DNA of 58,560 nt, filler included, from Sphacelaria rigidula (lineage: Eukaryota): the NCBI GenBank assembly GCA_964200075.2. It is 4 parts of 4 records of this genome, joined end to end, with 100 filler letters (N's around TTAATTAATTAA, not from the genome) between each part and the next. Parts side by side here need not be neighbours in the genome. Positions count along the whole stretch, not along the records: positions 1 to 14,567 come from CAXNAA020002176.1; positions 14,668 to 29,234 come from CAXNAA020002177.1; 2 more parts are not named here. One strand, given 5' to 3'. The translations under genes and the position numbers were made by a program. The notes beneath the pieces were generated by a model that was not told the origin of the DNA, did no database searches, and was given only the letters and a program-made list of their open reading frames with translations. Positions 1-16,195 of this stretch are shown piece after piece. Numbering within the stretch: position 1 is the first letter of the stretch; each line of letters starts with the position of its first letter.

Positions 1-250
1 GTCATGGGTACATAAAATTCGACTCTACGGTCGACGAGGGAAAGGGACTGCTGAACCCCTCTCGCGATAAAAAATAAAAAGGCAAGCACCGCAGAAGCAA
101 GGTGGGGTACCAAAAACAAATAAATAAAAAAAAATCCTGTATTGACCTTTCTCCTGTGTGACCCCGGCTGATGCGCCGATGCGCCCACGTATCCCGAAAG
201 GAGTAGACTGGCGCCCAGAATAAATGGGACGACAACACACACACGCACAT
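1..250 (+). mobile_element. 3' part of tRNA-derived SINE (family S1), truncated by the window start, ending in a (CA)n tail
   Basis: Shares ...aaattcgact...gtcgacgaggg...ctcgcgataaaaa...gtgtgaccccggctgat...gactggcgcccagaata...acacac with the copies at 52811, 53810, 55090 and 58295. Confidence 0.85.
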
Positions 251-377
251 TCCCCAGAAGATATCGTTGCAACTGCCCGAAATATCAACACATACACCCA
301 TATCAATTAATTGGTCTTCTTGTATTTTCATCGATGGATCTAAGATGGAATCTGCAACAATATATATAGGACGGTAT

Positions 378-575
378 TGTCATGTGTGGGAGGACCGCGT
401 GCTTTTTGGGCCGTATCCGAGTTCAAACGCTCCTATGGTTAGGGTTAGGGTTAGGGTTCGGCTCAGAGTCGCGGTGTCTGCCGGGACCAGCCCAAACGGC
501 CTTGAAAAACATCGATGCTGGGGTGTTCAAATTTTGATGTCGTCCAAAAAGCAAGCGGTCCTCCCACGCATTACA
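378..575. mobile_element. MITE family A with TGTAATG...CATTACA-type TIRs and an internal (TTAGGG)n tract
   Basis: TIRs tgtcatgtgtgggaggaccgc.tgctttttgg / ccaaaaagcaagcggtcctcccacgcattaca. GGTTAGGGTTAGGGTTAGGGTT at about 437-458. Related to the copies at 39607, 40991 and 42320. Confidence 0.85.
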
Positions 576-1689
576 GGATATCGAATCGTGAACATTTGTA
601 CGCGGGCTTCTTGGATCTCTTCGCACAGTACCGCACGCCCTCTGCCTGATAGCGGGAGGCTTTGGATTTCAACACACGAAGTCGACAGGAGGACGGACAG
701 GCAAAAGACTACCCATACTATATAAGACAGGTCTGTGGACAGCAGGCGTCACTTCTCTAACCCCGAACAATGGGTTTGTGTAGGTCGCAGCTTCTCACTC
801 GGTGAAAGGGTGCGGAGCGTGTAGAGACGTGACGTGGAATTGAGCCGGACGAGCTTTGCGAGGCAAGGCTTGGGGTTGGATCACAGAGTTACCGGGTGGG
901 GCATCCCGACAGGGAGTACCCGCCTGAGGAGTATGGCTGGCCCAGACCGGGGATTGGAAAATAACGGTCCCAGGGTGACAGACCCGGGATGACGATCCGG
1001 GTTGACATGCCCGAAGTTATTAGTGAGCGGGTCGGGTCATACGGAGGTCATTGTCACAATACCCACGAAAGAACTTCTACTACCAACAGCCTATGTAACA
1101 CGCAAAACGATCTTCAACCCCTCGATCGCGCTTTCCCCAACCTAAAACTAGTCAGTCTGCTCCATAGCTTTCTTGTCAGTCTTGTACCCCTCGATCGCGT
1201 AGAAACTCTTCCCGCGCCCTCCACTGACACTGTACGCTCAGAGTGCTGAGTGGAATCGCTATTTTACCATCATTTTTGGGTGATAAATCGAATAAAAAAT
1301 AATTTTCGCTCGGTGCTGTGGGCTGGAGTCTTCGAGAAAGGTGCTGACAGAGTTACCGCGGGATCGAGGTCATCGGCCCGATAATTTCATTGAGCATATA
1401 CTCCCAGTATAGTCGATTATGGGCGATTTTTTGTTCGGGTGCAACGGTGTTGACGATGACCTTGTAGTTGGGTTCTATAGAAAGATAAAACGCATACGAA
1501 GCTGATGAAAGATGTCGTTTTCGATAGTAAAATCAGGTCAGAATGTACCCCATGTCGGCCTTTTTCAAGATTTCCTGTGACAATGTTTTGGAGTTTTTTT
1601 TCGAGAATAATACGTATTAAGCATCCCACACCTAGCCCACAGACACCACAATACGATGTGCTTGCCCCCGAGTACCCCCCGCCACCTCC

Positions 1690-2418
1690 CCCCCCTCGCC
1701 GAAGGGGTGGCGAGCTGCAATTGGGTCGCCGCTATGCGATTGCGATGGAAGTTGCGCTTGTTATTCCACCGGGCAAGGTGGGGGTGCTCAAGGGCTCGCT
1801 GGGGCCAATTTGCGAACGCTACGGTGTTGGTCCCGAGTACCCAACGAAAATGTGAAAAAAAAAAAACGCAAAATCCCAGATCGACGCTACCCAGGAGATC
1901 GATCTTTCGAACAACACAAGGATTGGACGCTCTTCGCTCCTCAAACCAACAAAGGTTGCAGCGCTGAAGAACGTCAACAAGCAGAATCGATCATTTACGC
2001 TCCGGCAGGTGTCCGATCAGCTGGAAGACATCGGGCTGGATTACGTTACGAGGTGGTTCAAGAAGGGTGGCTCGTCACATCAAACCCTTCCCTTCCCCTG
2101 CTCAAACGCTTTGCCGAATCGACTTGATCTGCGATCATCAGGTGGACGAGACGACCGGGAATTTCCTCGACCAACCAGTTATTATTTTTCCGACACTTTA
2201 ATCGCTCCTGAGAAAGGGGCGAAATATGGCCATTTTTGAGCCGACTGATTTTTTGTGCGGCCGTTCGGCCGCAAAGTTCAACAGCAAGATGTGAAAAAAA
2301 GATGTGCTTCTAACTAAAAAAACAGCCGAGAAATCGACAAAACGTAGAAAATCAAATCGGACACGGGTGAGGGCTCATACAAACATTACCGAACAGACTT
2401 ATGGGACAGAGGACGTAT
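1690..2418 (+). mobile_element. Decayed, internally deleted Tc1/mariner-like element (DNA-binding region only)
   Basis: Broken frames read RRRGGELQLGRRYAIAMEV...GSLGPICERYGV, then IGRSSLLKPTKVAALKNVNKQNRSFTLRQVSDQLEDIGLDYVTRWFKKG, which resembles HTH / GRPR-like linker / HTH. It ends in a Stowaway-like TGGGACAGAGGACG-TA at about 2402-2418. No DDD domain or left TIR was found. Confidence 0.5.
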
Positions 2419-2559
2419 ATATATATATATATAAACTAGTTTTGCAAGTTAGGCTGTTTACTATGTTCAGTGTGGGTCCTGGTATAGTGCCGTCGATCGC
2501 TGCCCGACATAACCGCAGGAATCCTCTGTTCTTCACTGGTATTTGACTTTAATTACTTT

Positions 2560-3700
2560 GCATGGTATGGCAGATCGGACTTATGACGACTGATTTTGAT
2601 CGCACCATGGTCGGACCCTGCACTTCAGAGGACCGTGCTTTGATGCACGCCAACTTCACGGTGGAGCTTCACTCTACTACCTACGACAACCTGCGAGTAG
2701 CACGTAGCATACCGCGGATATCATCCCGAAATCCAACGCATTTCAACTCCTTTAGGGGCCTACAAGTACATGTTCCGGAAGCTGGAAAATGTGCACCCCT
2801 GATCAACTTCAACATCCTGCGAGCATGTTGAGAACTATCTCAAAACTGTGGACAAATGCAGACGACAGGATATTTGATCTACTGTACTCCCCTCGCGAGT
2901 AGTTCTGTTGAAATCCATTCTGATCAAGGAGTAACCATGAACGCTCACACCTTGCTGTCGCGCAAACTCGACTCGTTGGCTGAAACTGAAACTTATGTTC
3001 ATGCAACGACGCCATCCGAATAGGTTACGAGTTCGAATATTTGTCTCAGAGTCTGATCCGTACAGTCACACCAGACGTGTACAATGATTGTCAAGTCACC
3101 CATCGGTCTTGCTTTTCTAACATCACTATCACAATCGACGGTACTGTGACTGACGAGTGTCAAGCCACGCGATCATACAAACAAGAGCGGCGGTACGCAC
3201 CCATCGCATTCATGCGGCATAGACAAAATATCCTTCATACCTACATTGACTTTTGCTCAATCCCTAGAACCTGAAGGTTCACCGAGACAGACGAGCGAAT
3301 GCTCCAGCACCGGTCTCCATTCAATGTGATAAGACAAACGATCGAAAGCGACTCCGATCATGTGCTTTCGACAGGACCTTCCCAGGCAGCAAGAACACTG
3401 AAATCATCAAGAATTTACTTCCAGCACCACTTTTCCGAACTTTGATGCACAGGTTCATTTCAAGTCACTGCATCGCATGTGAGGCCGCAGCCGCCCCCAA
3501 TGAGCTCAATTTATGCCCCATTAGTGCAAAACACTGGAGTGTGCCCTTTGACAGCAATAGTTCTCTATTACTTGTACCAAGACTGTGTTGTCGCGGGTGA
3601 GAGTCAGCGGAAGTATTGCGGACAATGCGCTTTCGATGTGTCCCATGCGCTGTCGAAACCTTCAACAAGTTCCTGGAAATGAACGGACGAATAAACGAGC
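2560..3700 (+). mobile_element. Highly degenerate Ty1/Copia-like pol relic
   Basis: Scattered motifs across frames, in Copia order: RALMHANF.VEL, NFNILRAC, GYLIY, QFM..SAKHW, IVLYYL, AGESQRK. Many stops and frameshifts. Confidence 0.35.
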
Positions 3701-4195
3701 AAACGACGAAGCCGCGACGGAGAGTGTCGTGATCGACATCTCAAGTTGTCGAACGCCCCCAACACCATGGGCTCATTTCAAAGTTTCGGGCATATAGACG
3801 TTTCGGGAACGTGGGCAGAATGCTCAGAAATTCGGCAACAGTGCGGAGAGGTCTACCTTCACAGCCCATGCCTAGTTGTGGATCATCAAGGTCACCTCCC
3901 ACACTATTCGTGTTACTCTCCGGCAGTCCTCTGACCACAGCCTTCAAACCAACAAACCCGCACACAACAATACTAGAAACCTTTGACAACCTAAGATACA
4001 AAACGGTAATTCCCCTCAGAAACTAGAATACCATGAACACCTTTTATTCCTGCTAAGCGAACACAAAACAGTCGGACACGGTTTCCTCCCGAGCAACTGT
4101 GAATCATGACTTCAGACTTCACACACGCGCACAGTAGCCACGGAACGCACGACTAAGGCTTTCCACTTTTTGGTTTTAACGAGAGGGGAGCAGGT

Positions 4196-4260
4196 ATACT
4201 CATGATCATGCATGCCATCGTCATAAGACTGAGAGGGGGGGGGGGGGGGGGGGTCAGGGG
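4196..4260 (+). repeat. Dispersed repeat TACTCATGATCATGC(A/T)TGCCAT(C/A)GTCAT next to a poly-G run
   Basis: Similar sequence at 14320-14380, 14495-14567 and 43998-44055. Confidence 0.7.
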
Positions 4261-4814
4261 CGTCCGCAGGATTCTGGTGGTTCTGATGTGTTATTCTCAT
4301 ATGTTCGATGAATTCACCGTGCATTGGTCGTTATCCATTCATCGATCGTGCCGCGTTTCGTCAGCCATTGTCCACTGGTCCTGGCTTCGTCTTTTCGCCT
4401 TCGCGTTTGATATTTTTGGAACTATTGTAGGCAACATGAATAGTGAAATACTCGAGCGACGATCACGTCTGCAGAACAATATCTAGCATTTTATCAAGAC
4501 CCATGATCGGAATCATTTGAGGGGGCGAGGGCTAAAAGTGATGCCACCATGACTAGGCTTCGTAATATATCGCAGGCTTGTGCACTATTGAACTGTCCAC
4601 GCGAACTTCAGCATACGGCATGCAGTGTCATGTGCCTAACGAGATGCACAAAGTACTCGAGATATTGTATATCCATCAGCACGTGGGTTGACGTTTCTAA
4701 CCATTGCTCTTCCCCTTCTCTCCTGCGTGGAATACCTGTGGTAGTGGTGTATCATCGGCACAGGCATCTACGTTAGCCTTCACCTGCTCCAAGCTCGATC
4801 CGCACACGATGACG

Positions 4815-5640
4815 GCATCACCCCGTTGGCCTGTTGACAAACGGCACGATTATCGTCAACTCTGAGGGGAAAACATACAAGAGCAGTATCTGCATGTCCA
4901 TATGTGCTGTGCTCCAGGATGTACGGCATGGCGAGTTCCGTCTTCCCATCAAAGAGAGCTCAACTGCCGGGCATGTGGCATATGACGCATCGGCAGTACT
5001 GCCACGCACGCAAATGCAAGCACTTTCTGACACCTGAAAATTTGAAACCACAAATATATCAATGACTGCCCCAGAAGAAACATGACATCAACCCCTCTTG
5101 ATCGCCTAGGTCCCCAGGTCGACGCCAGTTGAACGAGCTTTGGGGTGATTCGGATTTTCTGTTGCTGGTAGGGGGAACAATGCTTGCGGGAAAACAGGGG
5201 AGGTTGGACCCGAGCGGACCGCGCAGTGCACTTCGCGTATGCCATAGTTTTGCGTACTTGAGCCACAATCAGACGTTTGATCATGATGCTTATAAGTCAG
5301 ATGAGCGGTCATTGCACTAGCAGTATATGCAGTGCTGAGTACAGGAAGATTTTGCGAGGCGTGGCAGAACTGACTGCTGGAGAGGGAAAACGCGCCCCCG
5401 CCTCTTTTAACCATGACAAAGGGCTACAGCACCCCCATGGGCTACGAGTCATAGTCTTGCGTAAGTCTTGCTACTCGCCCATGTCCATCTGGCCTGTATC
5501 TCGCGGGGTTGTCGGCGGGTATGAACTCTGAACAATTAGCATGGGCGATCAAGGAGTTGGACACTCTACCCAATCGCTTTGTCGGAAGATGTGCAAACCT
5601 TTTCAATCCAGCTAATCTCTATAAAATGAAATCAAGCGGA
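4815..5640 (+). mobile_element. Possible decayed CACTA/EnSpm-like transposase fragment
   Basis: Fragments YLHVHMCCAPGCTAW...NCRACG and YSPMSIWPV loosely resemble Tnp2-type Cys motifs and the S.WPV motif. Frames are broken. Confidence 0.25.
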
Positions 5641-5971
5641 ATGGTGCACACACAAACAAGCATTTCGTGTTGTATTTTACAAATATTACCGACATTGTCC
5701 GCTCCCTACTTGACGATGTTAGGGACATGGCGGATACGGGTACATTTCTTGGATGAATCGCAGGGGCGAATTGGGCCATGGCGATGTTTTCACCGCGTTG
5801 CCCGCGTTGAGTGTATGCGTGATCTGATACTGTATACCTAATCCTCGTAAATCCTGATGGAATGCTTGAGACGGCAGCACAGCGTGGGTCGGTGTGCTGT
5901 GCGCAGCCTAAATCGATAAAATATGTCACTCCCAACGAATAAAAAAACATCAAGTCAGGAGTGAACAGTGG

Positions 5972-6285
5972 TGTTTACCACTTGGTCGATTAGAACCTTC
6001 CCGGATTTTTATTATTTGATTCGAGTGTGAACAATGATATTCGGATGTTTAGCGGGGCTGACAGTCCCAACTGCTCCTCGCGTGCGTGGAACGCGTTTTC
6101 GTCAAAATCAGCGCCTGCCGCTTCGTTTTTAGGTCTGCCAACCCCACACTGTGCCGAGGGAACGCTCCACACACCCCTCGCCCGAGGGTTCTCGGCATGC
6201 CTTGGGTTGGGGTTAGAGTTGAAGGTTAGCGTTATTTCGTAAAAGATGTTTCCGAGAAATTTCGCAATCGACCAAGTGGTGAACA
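5972..6285. mobile_element. MITE family B with TGT...ACA 20-bp TIRs and a degenerate telomeric tract
   Basis: TIRs tgtttaccacttggtcgatt / aatcgaccaagtggtgaaca. Internal gggttggggttagagttgaaggttag at about 6204-6228. Confidence 0.7.
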
Positions 6286-6356
6286 CACCTCGGAGCGAAG
6301 ATGGAGTGCACAGTGCAGTGCTAGCAAGTGACAGCCCAATAAGCACACAGCATCTT

Positions 6357-6434
6357 CAGGCGAGCCTACGTCTGTGACCACGGGTTCGCGAGATCAGACT
6401 CATGTGCGGAAATAATAATAAATAATAATAATAA
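6357..6434 (+). mobile_element. 3' end of a non-LTR retroelement with an (AAT)n tail
   Basis: About 60 bp (agggcgagcctac...gggttcgcgagatcagactcatgtgcggaaataat) is shared with 22350-22420; both copies end in AAT-rich tails. Confidence 0.6.
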
Positions 6435-6796
6435 ATCTTCGATGCTGGAGATACAAGCGGCAAACCTGCCAGCTACGGACCCGAGTTTTGTGCCGTGCGC
6501 AAGAGCAGAACACAGAGCCACCCCGATTGATTATATTGGTTGTCGCATATCAGCTAATGCCCTGGGTGTATGTGCTTCGTAAATTTGTCAACCTCCTTCC
6601 ATTCGCGGGACGAGATCGCAGTGTCCAGGGATCGACCCATCCCTTCTCCTGTATAAGCCTGGCACTTTCATCTTCCAGTTCGGATCAGCACTCGCACTCG
6701 GTCGGCTTTCGTACAATTTTCTTTGCGACTCGCATCCGCCCGTTTTCAATACCGAAAAATCACACACTAAAGGGTATGCTAGAGTCATACCCTTTG

Positions 6797-6830
<34 letters not shown>
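6797..6830. repeat. (CA)n microsatellite
   Basis: Perfect CA run. Confidence 0.95.
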
Positions 6831-6832
<2 letters not shown>

Positions 6833-8005
6833 CACGAAACAAGCGTATCTGCTGGGATGCGTATCCTCAACTCCTCCCTAATCGGTTTCAATGTGCTTGC
6901 TCGAACCACCGGGGCGCAGCATGCACACAATTGTTTTACAAATGCTGCTGCACGTTTCGAAAGCGGTTGCTCGGATACAAGGAAACACACGAACAAAGTA
7001 ATTATCACCAAAACGGATTGCAGGCAGAGTAAGCACCGAGCTGTGAGGCGTGCTCCTGTCAGTCAGCTACGAGCCTGAGGAGTTGTGCGTCAACAACAGC
7101 AGGAAGGCGTCTACGTGCATGTGCACACACCACAAGACGAATATTCCCCGCGCCGCGCATAGTGAACAAGCACGACACTCGACACCTACTAGCTGAACAG
7201 CCATGCTATGCAGCGCTATTTTACTGCGGAGCAGTTTTCCCTGGCTGCGTGTGAGCTGTATCCGCAACTGCATGGTCAAACTTGTAGGGAAAAATACAAC
7301 TGCTGCTTTGTCTTTTGTTCTCGACGCATCGAGTGAAATCTTCGAACTCTCGATTGCATTATGCCTACGAAGACTACCTTGCCGTACGATACAACACAGT
7401 AGAGTACAGTAGAGTCCCGCTCTGAACACACCGAGCATGCTGCAAGGGTCTCGAGCATAGATGGGCGCAGCTACCGCTTAACACTTTGTAAAAAGCGCAG
7501 TGCGTACCGCGAGCGCAGCGAGATGAACAGAAAATATAGCCAAAGCGATGATGTTCTACGAGCGGGCACAACACCGCCTGCAGAAAGGATACAAGGAATT
7601 CAAAGAATGTCAGACAACGCTACATAGTGAGAACCACACGTACTGCGAGCGAAGCAGGCATAGACGTTGATACGCAAGATACTGACTCACGTAAGGTGGC
7701 ACGACATTCCGGCGGCGTAGCCTTGGCTGCTCATCGCAATTGTACCCTGGTGGTATACTGCAAGTACAGAACGTCACATAGGAATTCCTCCATGTACAGT
7801 AATTCAGAACGACCTCAAGCTACAAATGTATAATATCGTGAATTCCCCAGCCGACGAATCACAGATTCGGCTCGTTGTCGATCAGCCAACAACACATCCA
7901 TCAGCCACAGCTACAAAATTCACCAGATGCTAGCCGTATACTTCGCCGTTGTTATTCCTCTCAGCACCCCCCGTCCCCCCCCCCCTCCCAATTCTTGGAA
8001 CCTAC

Positions 8006-12610
<4,605 letters not shown>

Positions 12611-13770
12611 CTGAGCGATAGTAAAGCGCAATTTGATGCAAGGTGAGATGGAGGGCGTGGTCGATTGGTAGTCCTTGATTATTACATGTACCACCTGACT
12701 GCAAAAGACCATAACCTGTAACACGCCTCGTGAGGATGTGGATTACGTGGAATGCTTTGGCGGGGTTGTCGTCCACGAGGCCGCTTGAACTACCGCAGTT
12801 ACCTACGGTCACCGCGCCTCAATTCTCACAAGTTTCAATGCTTACGCTGGATCTTTAATGAAACCTAAGCCTTGACTCTGTCTTCACCACTAACCAAAGT
12901 CCTCCCCAGACTACACACAAAGTCAACCGACATTCTCGTGTGATCGCGGGGATAAATCACTAGACACATGTGGTTCACGTACAAAATATGTAGCCATACT
13001 TCCGCGGCAACGATGTAAGACGCCAGAGCATGAAGCTGGTAAGAGCCATCTTACCATATTTCAAGCACAGAGATGACACCGACATGACAGTGTTGCGGCG
13101 AACAAGAGGCCTCACCTGTAAATTCCGGAACTAGTATGAACTAATTGGGTACACCATACGGGGTTGGATATTGCGATGTAATTTGTATTGTCTGTAGTTA
13201 CGACACAGTACCAAGAAAAACCATGCATTGGTTGATAGATGCCACGGTGCAGAGAGCAAGAGCGCCCAACAGCTTGAAAATGCTGTCACGCACAAGCCCA
13301 CGTGCCCTCATGGTGCATGCATGCTGTTGCCGCATATAGATCTCACTCACGTGGTGAGTGCGACGTAGAGCACAAACGCGCTCATGTAGGCATTTTAGAT
13401 TAAACAACATCGCCAACCCACGATAGCCAGACGGTACGTGTATGACAGAACCACCTTGCCCCGCGGGCTGATGGAGCGGGTTCGTGCAAGCGTCGTAAAA
13501 ATAGCGATATAATCTACTCTCTGTACCATTCCAGACTGTGTGCTGCTGTGCATACTGTAGCTGTAAGAACTTCGAATATCCCATCGTCATCCACGTCCGA
13601 TGTCTCCCTGGCTTTGGTTAATGGAAAAATTTGGGCTCCCGCACTTCTTCAATTGCCATGTCAGTGTCTTTTAGACATGATGCTTGAAGGCAATGACCAA
13701 AAGCCCTTATTATTGTATCCCTGCAAGTTATCCCACCCTACGCTGGGAAGGTCGTCCCCCGGCGAAGCCA

Positions 13771-13919
13771 TCACACTCTGGACAATGACACGATAGATTC
13801 CATTGGGAAAAACATATACTGTACACAGAATGGAATCTACTATCTATTGCAATAGACGCAATGGTCGATACCGTACACAGTACATTTTCGGGCAATGCAA
13901 ATCTTTTGTCCAGGGTGTA
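13771..13919. mobile_element. MITE family C copy, opposite orientation to the 12204 copy
   Basis: Ends tcacactctggacaa / ttgtccagggtgta. The interior matches the reverse complement of the 12204 copy. Confidence 0.85.
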
Positions 13920-14319
13920 GAAGATATTATTTCAGCATGACCACGACTCGCGATCGCAGAGAATGCCTTTCACCCTATGTTGCGGTTTCACGTTGACAAA
14001 GATCCAAAACATCTTGCCGTAGCTCATGCAAAAAGTGCTGCCTTCTACATGATGTTCCACGGGTGAGGCTCGCCCCGTCTCCACAGCACAGCACATGTAC
14101 CACAATACAGTTTACACACTTCGCAGCATCAAGACATTGCACTAACGCTAGTCACGCCCACCATCAACTATGCCTTCTACTTGTTGCTGTGTTGACTGGA
14201 CTTTACGGTGCACACGCTGTGTGTTCGTGTTCGTGCGTCTACACGACGATGGATTGCACTTGAGGATTCCAGAGCCCCTCTTCGGTAAATATGCCGAAAA
14301 CTTGGTCTGTCAGGGAAGG

Positions 14320-14567
14320 GTGTACTGATGATCTTGCATGCCGTAGTCATGTGACCTTTGACCTCGCATCCCTACAAATCCGGGACGGAGCACGCCGGGT
14401 TTTCGCCGGATCACGCTTGCAATCGATCACCAAGCGCGAGGCGTCGTGATGTGTTCAGCGAGTCGCATAAAGAGCGAGCTGCGTCCTGCTAAGGAGGGGG
14501 GGGGGGGGTACTCATGATCATGCTTGCCATAGTCATCAGACCATTGACCTCGCATCCCTACAAAGCC
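14320..14567 (+). repeat. Two direct copies of the TACTCATGATCATGC...TTGACCTCGCATCCCTACAAA repeat
   Basis: 14320-14380 and 14508-14567 align. The second follows a poly-G run and runs into the gap. Confidence 0.75.
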
Positions 14568-14667
14568 NNNNNNNNNNNNNNNNNNNNNNNNNNNNNNNNN
14601 NNNNNNNNNNNTTAATTAATTAANNNNNNNNNNNNNNNNNNNNNNNNNNNNNNNNNNNNNNNNNNNN
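14568..14667. other. Scaffold gap with artificial TTAATTAATTAA spacer
   Basis: N-run, spacer, N-run; same format at about 29235-29333 and 43899-43998. Confidence 0.95.
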
Positions 14668-15379
14668 GAGACAGCCACAGCTTCTACACTGCCTCATGGG
14701 TGCCCCACCACTGCACGATGGGAGGGCTGAGGCTTTCTGTGCATAGCTTCCCAAGTGCATCACATTCACATGTATGTCTGCGGTGCTCTTCGCCTTTCCC
14801 CTCCGCACGAGCATATGGTCTTGCCTTGCCTTGCCCATCCTCACTTGTTCGGTATGCCAAACTACGTACCTGGTACTTTCCTTACGTCGGCCTGTTTTGG
14901 TCATTATGTCTCCTATAGCTCACGTACCATGTGGCCCACGATCTTTTTCAAACTCACTACACTAGTTTCGAGCCGCATGTATAATTTTGCGTAATTTATT
15001 ATTTCGCTGACATGTGTTTAGAACCCTGCTCTCCGGGGCGGCGTTTTTTCGGGTTCATGGGCGTACAAACATTTATTTTTCCCTGCATTTTGTCTTACTG
15101 TGCCATGACTCCGAGACCAGGGACGCTGGATTTTCGAGAATGGGCTAAATGTGAGACACAACAACTACTTTGCTTGGATCCAGATCTCGTAACATCGTGT
15201 TACAGTGATGAGACGTAGTTTGCAAGTATGCACATTACAGTTGCTAGTGATGAGATAGGTAGGTCATTCCGTCAACGCTGGCCTCGGTCAAAGCGGCCTA
15301 TTGGTCGTGGAGCAATCAATTAAACCCGTGGTAGACTTCCCACTCAAATTTTCGGGTGTCTTGTCCATGGCCAGCAGTG

Positions 15380-15789
15380 CAAGGTCAGGTCGAGTTGGGT
15401 ATACCCAATACTCGGTATTTTTGGAAAGTCATACTCCCAGTACCCAAACATTCGGGTAGGGTATTAAAATCGAACCCAAACCACCCAAATTTTGGGTCGA
15501 GTATTGAGGCCGTACCCAAGTGATACTCTAAACCCAGGTATTGCTGAGAGTGCTTACCCAATATTTGGGTAGTATATTTGAGGTCGTACCCAATCTACCC
15601 AAAATTGTTTACAGTATTGGGATCATACCCAAGTGATCCTCTATCCTCCGGTATTGCTGAGGATACTTATCCAATATTCGGGTGTAGTATCTGAGGTTGT
15701 AACCAATCTACCTAAAATTTGGGTGAAGTAAATACCCGGGTACTTTACCCCAGTATTCAGAAGTACATACCCTACCCGACCTGCCCTTG
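15380..15789. mobile_element. MITE family D with ~23-bp TIRs and internal TACCCAA-rich subrepeats
   Basis: Ends caaggtcaggtcgagttgggtat / ataccctacccgacctgcccttg. The interior repeats tacccaagtgat...ggtattgctgag...aatatt.gggt. Confidence 0.7.
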
Positions 15790-16195
15790 GCCTCTTCGAT
15801 CGAAAACATGCGGAGCAAAGGTTCAAAGGGCCACTAGACTCCTATCTTGCAGACCACCATCCAGATACCACCCGTTTGCAGAACCATGCAAACCCCAACA
15901 CAGTTCATTCTCAGCTACCACCGCAACCCTGCAGCATAGAGCACGAGTTGGGCGAGGAGAATCCATACACTGCAGTGATTGGGGATGATATGTTTATTCA
16001 ATGTTGGCGAAAACTTGAGCATCCTTCATACCAGGGACCGGCAACGGAATTGCGTGGTGGGGTGGGCGACCGACTTGCGTATACTCATGGGCAGTTATGG
16101 ATAGGAATGGGGACCCTTACGACCAAAAATCGATACAAGATTTAAAACAAAAAATAACGCGGAGGAATAATGTACACGTCAGCAGGTGGTCGGAC

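Noticed and set aside
14568..14667. TTAATTAATTAA palindrome inside N-runs (also at about 29279 and 43943)
   Set aside because: Identical in three gaps and gives stops in all six frames, so it is an artificial scaffolding spacer.
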